Assembly: GCF_964355755.1 (NCBI RefSeq)
Contig: NC_092671.1
Span: 36,590,304 to 36,654,303, forward strand
Source of the DNA: Antedon mediterranea
Taxonomy: Eukaryota > Animalia > Echinodermata
Direction of reading: 5' to 3'
DNA length: 64,000 nucleotides
Part shown: piece by piece, positions 54,312 to 64,000 of the stretch
How positions within the stretch are numbered: the first letter of the stretch is position 1
Layout of the letters: each line of letters begins with the position of its first letter
The notes under the pieces: model-generated
Told to the model about the DNA's origin: nothing
The model's input: the letters and a program-made list of their open reading frames with translations, nothing else
Database searches by the model: none
Translations under genes and position numbers: made by a program

Positions 54312-54607
54312 ACAAGATTTACTGGTGATGTGTCGGCAACTAAACATGGAAGAATGTGCCAATGAAGTCATCCACCAGCTAGGGGGCGACAGTATGGGTC
54401 GTATAACCTTTCAAGACTTTGCACGATGTCGTAGAAAAGTGCGATACGAGATCAATGAAGCAGTGAAACAGCACGAAGAAGAGTTGAACAACGATAGTCT
54501 TGAAGCTAAGCTGTGCGGCGTGGATTCAGCAATTTCGGAGAGTCTGCCTAGTCTGCAACAGAATATGAACTCTTGGCCTAGAAGTATTGACACCAATACA
54601 AGTCTTG
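54312..54607 (+). CDS. MCC: MCC coding exon 2
   Basis: TTTTTCTTAG acceptor, phase-compatible with exon 1 (GG|A); QDLLVMCRQLNMEE...QLGGDSMGRITFQDFARCR...WPRSIDTNTSLG matches recalled MCC NDLLMVCRQLNMEE...GKISFQDFTRCR; GTAGGT donor at 54608. Confidence 0.93.
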
Positions 54608-54697
54608 GTAGGTATTTACTTGGCTACACTGAAGGTGTGTTTACGAAACTTTTCTGGGAGTTTCTGGGACATCCTCTGATAACTTGCCATTTATCAT

Positions 54698-54913
54698 AGT
54701 TACAACCGCTAATGTAAAAAACGCCAGCTAATGTTGAAACAACTGTTAATGTAGAACAATCAACCGCTAATGTAGTAAAACCTCCAGCTTTTGTAGTAAA
54801 TAAAATATATAATATTTTCTACATTAGCTGGCAATAGTAAACATTAGCTGGAAGACCATTTTTGTTACTACATTTAATAGCTGTTGACCATTCTACATTA
54901 GCTGATTTTAACA
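54698..54913. mobile_element. Decayed palindromic MITE with GCTAATGTA subrepeats
   Basis: (C/A)GCTAATGT repeats on the left mirrored by ACATTAGCTG repeats on the right; architecture like the 36926 element. Confidence 0.5.
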
Positions 54914-55218
54914 ATTCCGTCTGGATTCTTCTGAGGCTGGAGTTGACCAGGCAAATCTTAATTTATATGCAAATCAAGCTACTTTTGTGCATTTTTTAAG
55001 ACCTAATACAATACAGTACAAAATGTAGGGATTGTGAAACAGTTGAATGTGAATGTCATTATCATTGCTGAATTCCAAGAATTATTATTTCCATCAATTA
55101 TTAATTGTACTTTTATGCAAGATTTGGTTTCAAGTATTTCAAGACATTCTTAAAATGTTAGAAAATTATGTTTAGAAATGGCTGTATAAATTGTGTAGTT
55201 TTACTTTAGTATGAAAGT

Positions 55219-58200
55219 TTTTGGTTATCCGCAACGAAGTTGCAGGATAACCTCTTGTGATTGTACGAAATCATCATCATCATCATCATCAACTTTTTGG
55301 TTATCCGCAACGAAGTTGCAGGATAACCTCTTGTGATTGTACGAAATCATCATCATCATCATCATCATCATCAACTTTTTATTAGTTATCCGCTTAGTAG
55401 CGGATAACTCCTTGTAATCGTCCTGTTTCAATTTTATATTATTCTTCTGTCTTTCTCCCTCACTTTTTGTGCAGAGCGCATCTCTAAAATGGGTAAACAT
55501 AACATTTCATAACTTTGTCAACATATGGGCATTTACGTGAACTTGTGCACCTCCTATTTTTGAATGACGTCAGAGTTGCGCAACGTGACTTACGTGCGAT
55601 TTTATGATTTTTTATGATTGCTCATAGACTAAAAACCAAGCATAATTTAGTTTTGACACTTTGTGAAAATTTAAGTCATATCAGGTGCAAACTTTTTATT
55701 GATTAAAAATGGCATGTTGTACAAGAAGTTACGCGCGCACGCGCATTTAAAGTTTCAAAATGCGTAAAATTAATTTTTAATCAACTTTTTACACGACTCA
55801 TGACATTTCGCGCATGTCAAAAATTCCCACGTGCACGCATTTTTTTACGCGCGCGGTGGCCACGTACCGTGAAAAACATCTTTTTTTCTCATGAATTATG
55901 TTTTTCCAGCCTTCTAGAGTAATTTTACCATTTTAAAACCATTTGTGACTTTAAATTACGTCATACGAGCACGTCGAATTGAAAAATTTACGCGCGTTTT
56001 TGATCAAAAATCTAAAAAAATCGTCAAAATTATGCCTTTTTTTAAACAGTCGTAGTTTCTAAACTAAACGGTGAAAGTTATTTTTATTACATATTCTGGA
56101 AGTTGATGAGTTGTAGATATCAAATCATACATTAATATGGCTAACAGGACATTTTGACGTCATCGTATGGCCACACGAATATAAAATATAGGATTTTTGT
56201 CTCTTTCGTTATTGCTCATCACATTCAATGGAGCGCATCACGCTTATCCGTATTCCATTTTCTCCGAGATTTTAATATTGTCTAGGTCAATCAACTACCT
56301 TTCGCATGAGTTAAAAATATTTTAATATTTGTAACGTCATCATGCCTAAAAATGTTAATTACTTGGGTCATTAATTTCATCTTTACAGTAAATTTTAATC
56401 TGTTATCGCTCGTAAGAACAAAATGGGATAATCACGATTAAAATGTTTTCTGGAAGCTATTGGATTGTAGATACGAAATCATGTAAACATTTTGCCAATC
56501 GGATGTTGTGACGTCATCATATGGCCAGTTAAATAAAAAAAGTCGTATTTTCATCTTTTGCGTCATAGTTCATTACATTTAAAAGAGCGCGCATCAATAT
56601 TTCACGTGTTCAAATTTCTTCCACACGTTAATATGTTGTTGCTGAGATAATTTCCTTCCGAAATTGCTACATTCGCGTTTCATTTTGAAACCGTCAACAT
56701 GTTAAAAATTGCAATAAATAGCGGGTCCCGTAATTTCACCTATTCTACACTGTATGTGATATGTATACAGATTATACTGTGTATACTATATGACACAAAA
56801 TAACAGAATTCAGCAATAAAAACATATCATATTCTTCAGTTCAGGTCACAATGCCATAATCTTTTTCCGTGTGCAATATTCCAACGTATGACGTGCACGT
56901 GGCGTTTGTCGTGCGGATAACTAACTCGTCAAAGTGACGAGTTTCATGTCTAGTTCTTCTTCTTTCTTTCTGTATGATTTTTGTGTAACGCTTTTCTCTG
57001 AAACTTGCAAACATAACATTTTGTTAACTATGTTAACATTTTGACATTTATGTAACGTCGTCAAGCGAAGCTTTTCATGATGTTTACAATTGCGCAACGT
57101 GACGTATGCGCGATTTAACGATTTTCTCGTATTTAACATATGTCGAAAACCAAATAACATTTTAAAGTGAAACTTTGCAAAAGTTTAATTTATATCATGC
57201 GCTAACTTTCTGTTGAAAAAAAATTGCGTGTTTTACACAAAGTTACGCGCGCACGCGCATTTAAAATTTCAAAATGCGCGAAATTAATTTATAATCAACT
57301 TTCTACGCGTTTCAAGTCGTTTTAAGCATGTCAAAAATTCCCACACGTGCGCACATTTTTACGTGTGCGGTGCGCACGTAGCATTGAAAACGTATTTTTT
57401 TCGCGTGATTTATGTTTTTCCAGCCTTTTCATGTAATTTTACCAAATTTTTAACAATTTCGACTTAAAGATACGTCATACGAGCACGTCGAATTGGACAA
57501 TTTGCGCGCGTTTTTTATGAAAAGGTTAAAAAATTCGTTTAAAATATGCCTTTTTTTAAACAGTCGTAATTTCTAAACTAGACGGTCAAATTTTTGTGGA
57601 TGACATATTCTGGAAGTAGATGAGTTGTAGATATCGGATCAGGTATTAATATGGGTAACCGGACATTGTGACGTCATCGTATGGCCACGCAAATATAAAA
57701 TTTAGGATTTTTGTATCTTTCGTCATAGCTCATCACATTGAATAGAGCGCATCTCCACTTATTCGTTTTCCATTTTCACCCCGATTTTGATATTGTCTAG
57801 GTCAATCAAGTATCTTTCGCATGAGTTAAAAATATTTTAATTTTTTTGACGTCATCATGCCTAAAAATTTAAATCACGTGTGGCATTAATTTCATCTTTA
57901 CAGTAAATTTTAATCTGTTATAGCTCGTAAGAATAAAATGTGATAATCACGATTAAAACTTTTTCCGGAAGCTATTGAATTTTAGATACGAAATTATGTA
58001 AAAATGTTGCCAATCGGATGTTGTGACGTCATCATATGGCCAGTTATATAAAAAAGGTCGTATTTTCATCTTTTGCGTCATAATTCATTACATTTAAACG
58101 AGCGCGCATCAATATTTCACGTATTCAAATTTCTTCTACACGCTAATACGTTGTTGCTGAGATAATTTCCTTTCGGAATTGCTACCTTCGCGTTTCATTT

Positions 58201-60007
58201 TAAAACCGTCAACATGTTAAAAATTGCAATAAATAGCGGGTCCCGTAATTTCACCTATTCTATGTATGTCACTGTATGTGATATGGATACAGATTATACT
58301 GTGTATACTATATATGAATTTAAATAATAAAATTCAGCAACATATCATATTCTTCAGTTCAGGTCATAATGCCAACGTGAACACTTCCTTTTGTCCTCAA
58401 CCTATCCCCTTAATGTTAATGTTGCACCACTTGCGCGGCGGATAACCAAACTCGTCAAAGTGACGAGTTACATGTCTAGTTATTCTTCTTCTTTCTTTCT
58501 GTATGATTTTTGTGTAACGCTTTTCTCTAAAACTCGCAAACATAACATTTCGGTAACTATCTTAACATATTGACATTTACGTAACGTCGTCAAGCGAAGC
58601 TTTTCATGACGTTTACAATTGCGCAACGTGACTTACGCGTGATTTAACGATTTTGTCGTATTTAACATAGCTCGACAACCTAATAACATTTCAACTTGAA
58701 AATTTGCAAAAGTTTAATTTATATCATGCGCTAACTTTCTGTTGAAAAAAAATTGCGTGTTTTACACAAAGTTACGCGCGCACGCACATTTAAAATTTCA
58801 AAATGCGCAAAATTAATTTATAATCAACTTTCTACGCGTTTCATGTCGTTTTTAACATGTCAAAAATTCCCACGCGTGCGCACATTTCTACGTGTGCGGT
58901 GCGCACGTAGCATTGAAAACGTATTTTTTTCGCGTGATTTATGTTTTTCCAGCCTTTTCTAGTAATTTTTCCAAATTTTAAACAATTTCGACTTAAAGAT
59001 ACGTCATACGAGCACGTCGAATTGGACGATTTACGCGCGTTTTTTATGAAAAGGTTAAAAAATTCGTTTAAAATATGCCTTTTTTTAAACAGTCGTAATT
59101 TCTAAACTAGACGGTCAAATTTTTGTGGATGACATATTCTGGAAGTAGATGAGTTGTAGATATCGGATCAGGTATTAATATGGCTAACCGGACATTGTGA
59201 CGTCATCGTATGGCCACGCGAATATAAAATTTAGGATTTTTGTATCTTTCGTCATAGCTCATCACATTGAATAGAGCGCATCTCCACTTATCCGTTTTCC
59301 ATTTTCACCCCGATTTTGATATTGTCTAGGTCAAACAACTATCTTTCGCATGAGTTAAAAATATTTTAATTTTTTTGACGTCATCATGCCTACAAATTTA
59401 AATCACGTGTGGCATCAATTTCATCTTTACAGTAAATTTTAATCTGTTATAGCTCGTAAGAATAATATGTGATAATCACGATTAAAACTTTTTCTGGAAG
59501 CTATTGGATTGTAGATATGAAATTATGTAAAAATGTTGCCAATCGGATGTTGTGACGTCATCATATGGCCAGTTAAATAAAAAAGGTCGTATTTTCATCT
59601 TTTGCGTCATAATTCATTACATTTAAAAGAGCGCGCATCATTATTTAACGTATTCAAGTTTCTTCTACACGCTAATACGTTGTTGCTGAGATAATTTCCT
59701 TTCGGAATTGCTACCTTCGCGTTTCATTTTAAAACCGTCAACATGTTAAAAATTGCAATAAATAGCGGGTCCCGTAATTTCACCTATTCTACACTGTATG
59801 TGATATGGATACAGATTATACTGTGTATACTATATATGAATTTAAACAATAAAATTCAGCAATAACAACATATCATATTCTTCAGTTCAGGTCATAATGC
59901 CAACGTGAACACTTCCTTTTGTCCTCAACCTATCCCCTTATTGTTAATGTTGCACCACTTGCGCGGCGGATAACCAAACTCGTCAAAGTGACGAGTTACA
60001 TGTCTAG
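55219..60007 (+). mobile_element. Three nested Helentron-associated (HINE/DINE-1-like) elements: A 55219-60007, B 55295-58479, C 55378-56953
   Basis: 5' subTIR plus palindrome and microsatellite; 3' subTIR, hairpin AACTCGTCAAAGTGACGAGTT and CTAG|TT; inserted in T runs; three ~1.5 kb homologous bodies. Confidence 0.88.
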
Positions 60008-60720
60008 TTTTTTGTTTTTTTTATTTTTTATTCAGTATATTACACAGAGGCGCCTTACAAGATGGAACCACCTTAGCTTCAAGGCGCCTCAGATTAACAA
60101 ATACAACATTTTAAAACAACTAACAGAAACATCAATCAAATCTTCCAGAATTAACAAGAAATTGTTGTACATGATAAAATAATAAAGCATTTTCACAATT
60201 CGAAAGAAGATCGGAACCAAAAATAAAAATTTCACTTAAAAATGTAAAATTAAATGTTAAAGAAAAATCCTTGGCTAAGATATCCTCAATAATTGAGTTA
60301 GCGCTTACAAGTAGAATATCTCTTTGTGTATTATAATTAGGGCAGTAACATAAGAAATGAAGCGGATTCTCAACATTAAAGCCACAAGTACAATTTGGAT
60401 TGTCCCGAAGTCCATGTAAGAGTAAATGCGAATTGAGACAGCTGAAACCAAGTCGGATTCTAGTGTGAATTTGGTTAATCTTCTTATCACCTGTGTCATA
60501 ATAAGAACGTATGAAAGTTTACAATGAGCATCTTCTTAAAAATGAAATTGTAGAAAAGTTGTTGTCCAGAAGTATACATTTTGACTTGTTCTACTAGTTC
60601 ATATTTCATATTTCATTTAGGAAACAACATGATTCTTATTCCTTCAAAGGAAAGAGATGATTGTGTTTTGGGATGCTCCCACTTGAGGGTAGGGTTCATG
60701 GAATGTACCATTATCTGATA
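60008..60720 (-). mobile_element. 5'-truncated non-LTR retrotransposon 3' end with CCHC motif (CR1-group-like)
   Basis: Minus frame INQIHTRIRLGFSCLNSHLLLHGLRDNPNCTCGFNVENPLHFLCYCPNYNTQR...SGRF; GAGGCGCCTT...AAGGCGCCTC stem-loop; A-rich tail. Confidence 0.82.
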
Positions 60721-61492
60721 AGGGTGTTAAATAAAATGTATATAATAATATATTTGAGTTGTAGCTCACTTCTCTGAGAGAATAATAGGCAAATGTCAGT
60801 TTATCCAGGTAAGCTAGCACTTTTGGTTGGTGTAATTTCTACTGTAGTGAAGTCTATTTAAAAGGAGCTGAAGATTTTGAATTGTCACGTTCATGCTGTA
60901 AGCAATACAGTTACAATTTACAGATTGCAACCCGGAGGTATATCTTGAATATAAATCTGTTTGGCTACAATATCAAATTATTCTTATTGATATAATATAT
61001 TTATCAGGTGTCTTGTTTGTTGTATTTACTATGTAAAGTTACTGATTCTGAGGATGTTAGGCCGTGGTGTGAGAATTGTCACCTGTTTTAGACACATAAT
61101 GTGTGTGTCAAAAGGACCCCAAGGAGAGTATCCTATGTAGAGTGTATGATCCTATTTAACCTGCGAGGGGTAACATTGAACTATTCTTTACTTAGTTTGG
61201 TTGATTACCTTGTTAGGACTTGGGGTTATGTTTTAAATTTACGTTCTGCATGTTGTCCCCACGAGAATTCTAACAAGGTGTATTACCCTGAAAGCGTGCC
61301 TACAGTACTGTAGTGGTAAGATGTCTTCTGTATTTATCAGAATAGTTACAGCACATGTTCAGTTTTAAGGCTACTGTATATTCAGTTTTAGTTATGAATA
61401 ATAATTAAAGATAGATTAGTGTTTAAAATTTATGCAAAATGCCAAGGATAACCATAAGCAAATTTATTCACTATTATCCTCAATGTGGCAAA

Positions 61493-61599
61493 GGAGTGGA
61501 GTTATAATTTGCCATTAGAAAAAATCCTGACACTGACAGGCTTGAACCCAGGACTGAATTCATAGCCAAGCATCATAACCACCAGCTACAACTCCACTC
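61493..61599 (-). mobile_element. SINE head-only copy
   Basis: Reverse complement of the SINE 5' ~110 bp including A and B boxes. Confidence 0.75.
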
Positions 61600-62898
61600 C
61601 GAAACATTGTTAGTGTATTGCTTGCGTTACATTGCATTGTCAGCTTTGAATTTAATTTATAGATACTATACAGTAATAATCATAATCATAATATAAATTC
61701 CCAATTTTACTTGAAATACAAAATATTCAATTTGTAAACTTTCTATAAAACTTTATATATAATAATTCAGAAGCTTGTTCAAATTGCCAATATATTTTTT
61801 GTTCTGACATTTAGTAACATTTCTTTAATGTCTTCTTTTCTAGTTAAAAGATAATCATTTTGAAAGAATCCAATTTAGTTCAGAATCTTGAAACTATAAA
61901 AATAATCTTTTGATGTATCTGTCATGTTACCAATTATGTTTTGTCTGATTGATTTCTAGTTTTTCCTACGACACCATTTTGAGATTTATAACATTTAAAA
62001 GAAATTCCTATTTTATCATTTTATTTTTATCGATCAGAAATATTAAAAAAAGATGCTGCAAAATGTTCAATTACGGAATTGGCAAATCTGTAAAATAAAC
62101 ATTTGAGTAATGTAATGTATGTTTTATTTATGTTATCTAAAGCTTGGTCTATCAAACTTTACTGTATGTGAAAAAAAATTTGTGATGTGATATCACTACT
62201 ATATTTGGATATATCACTACCAAATTTGGGCACATCACAGTTTGTTTGTTTTTTCCAAAAGTTTGATAGTGTAGACAAACCAGCTTTAAGAAAAATGTTC
62301 CTATATATACTTTGTATGTATACATTAGTTTCAATAATTTGTGCAAAATTTCCACAAATGCTCACATTTTGGAGTACAGTTTATACTTATAGATGTCTTT
62401 TTATTCAATAGAAATTTACATTTCACAACATGTTTTGTGTCTAGGGAAAAATATATTAAATTGGATTTTAAAATTCTTGATTATAACATGAAAATGTTCA
62501 ATATGTTGAATTATTAATCTGTATTTGGTTCATGTTGTTATTCATGATTTATAATAAAATGCATTTGATTGTTGAAAACATGCTGCAGCAACAATATCCA
62601 TGTATATCTCAAGTGTGCTTGACCTTTCACCTTAATATGCAAATTCACATTTTGGATGAATTATATATTGTATGAAGCTATAATATTGAGATGAGATTTT
62701 AGTAAACATTCTAAATTACAGTACATTATCTTAAATAGTATAGATGCTGAAAAATTATTATTAATTTTATGGTTCAGAATAAATCATTCTGCTCTTTTTA
62801 CATGTCATCAACATTTGTAAGTCCTTTGGGTGAGATATTAAGCTGTTGGTCCCTTCTTTTTAAAACCCATTGTAAGAATAGGGTACTATGCTGTTTAA

Positions 62899-63089
62899 GG
62901 GTCTATTTCTGTTGCATAGTGCCAAATAAGCCTCAGCTCAGCAATAACCGGTTAAATGGCGTTCCGACACCGAATTGAATGGGTGAATGGGGTTTTTTTT
63001 TTGCATGCCTTTTTTAACCGGTTACCACCAACATTTTCTGTTTCTGCTCCCAAGAAAATGGGGTTAATTTATGCAGCAGAAATAGGACC
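62899..63089. mobile_element. Harbinger-like MITE
   Basis: GGGTCTATTTCTGTTGCATA...TATGCAGCAGAAATAGGACC with TAA/TAG flanks. Confidence 0.6.
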
Positions 63090-64000
63090 TAGGAATGTGT
63101 ACCACCTATATCTGTACTTTTAAAAGATTCTCTACCAGAGATAGCACTGTCTTCAATTACTTTAACATCTCATCTAGGATTTTATTGTTACAATGAATGA
63201 TTACCCATTCAGAAATGGTAGTATCATAATAATTGTTGTAACATTAATGACGTTCATAAAAATTTTCAAGGTACTCTAGTCTGCTGTAGTAAACTGTACT
63301 AGGCAAGATTTCTAATAACTTCAGTACATTTTTTACTATCTTTTTTCTAATGAGTTTTGCCTTGGGCCAAAGTTTGTTTCCTTGCATCTACGACAGTTGT
63401 TAGCTTTATATTTTAGTCCCTCATTTAAGCATGTACTGTACCTGTTTGGGTTTTACGTATAGTTGTGTATAACTATAATTAAATAGAGTTTTTATTTTTG
63501 TATGTACAATGTTCACGAAATAAAGAATAAATGAATGATCGAGAGCATGCTTTTCCAAACAAATTGAGGTAATTTTTGTGGTTATGTAAAAATGTTCAAA
63601 AAAGGGTACTGTATCAATATTATTTTTACACTGGCAGCCTGCTAAATCGGAACAAAGGGAACAACTTGGGTTGCGTACAGTAAATCAGTGGAGCCAAAAA
63701 ATATTTAATTTTATGAAGCAGTTATATTTTCTTTACCACTGGCCATTTGCAACTTAATCGCAATCTTTCATCAGGTTTCTTATGCCTTACATTATGGCCA
63801 ATTGGTCTGTTTGTTTTCTTAGGGTGGTCTTGGTTTATTGGTGGTGTTTCAACTGATGAGGATACTGTACTATAGAGGATAGGACTTTTTTAGTGTTATC
63901 TGGTTAGCAACGAAGGCATATTCCCTTACTTCGGTTTGAGTTTTTTTTGGCATGGTTGGAATTCCCTTTTTTCGTATTAGTTTATGTATAGTGCTTAGAG

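Noticed and set aside
55430-60007. Simple tandem triplication of a 1.5 kb unit
   Set aside because: Three stacked 5' heads and inside-out subTIR pairing fit nested insertion better

Overview
AT-rich, intron-containing animal genomic DNA (marine invertebrate, echinoderm-like by inference), dominated by transposable elements. Two host genes diverge from each other: the 5' end of a cathepsin L-type protease (minus strand, prepro exon 1561-1803) and the first two coding exons of MCC (plus strand, 35083-35246 and 54312-54607, EF-hand isoform, 19 kb intron). Between them is a ~28 kb head-to-tail array (2591-30827) of a ~2.45 kb unit bounded by outer inverted repeats. Its copies carry different secondary insertions: an Academ-like element containing a Helitron dimer, a Kolobok, L2 fragments, a near-intact L2 and a SINE. 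The array also holds the AGTAGT-starting left arm of a probable Polinton/Maverick with apparently spliced genes. Because the copies supply empty sites for each other, two micro-insertion classes can be read directly: 16-32 bp CA...TG palindromes with 7-bp TSDs (probable P/Galileo excision footprints) and TA-to-TAGGCCTA expansions. The MCC introns contain a 1.9 kb TGT...ACA foldback element, Kolobok and Harbinger MITEs, tRNA-SINEs, minisatellites and a triple nest of Helentron-type (HINE) elements. Coordinates were read by eye and superfamily calls rest on terminal and TSD signatures, not on database searches.
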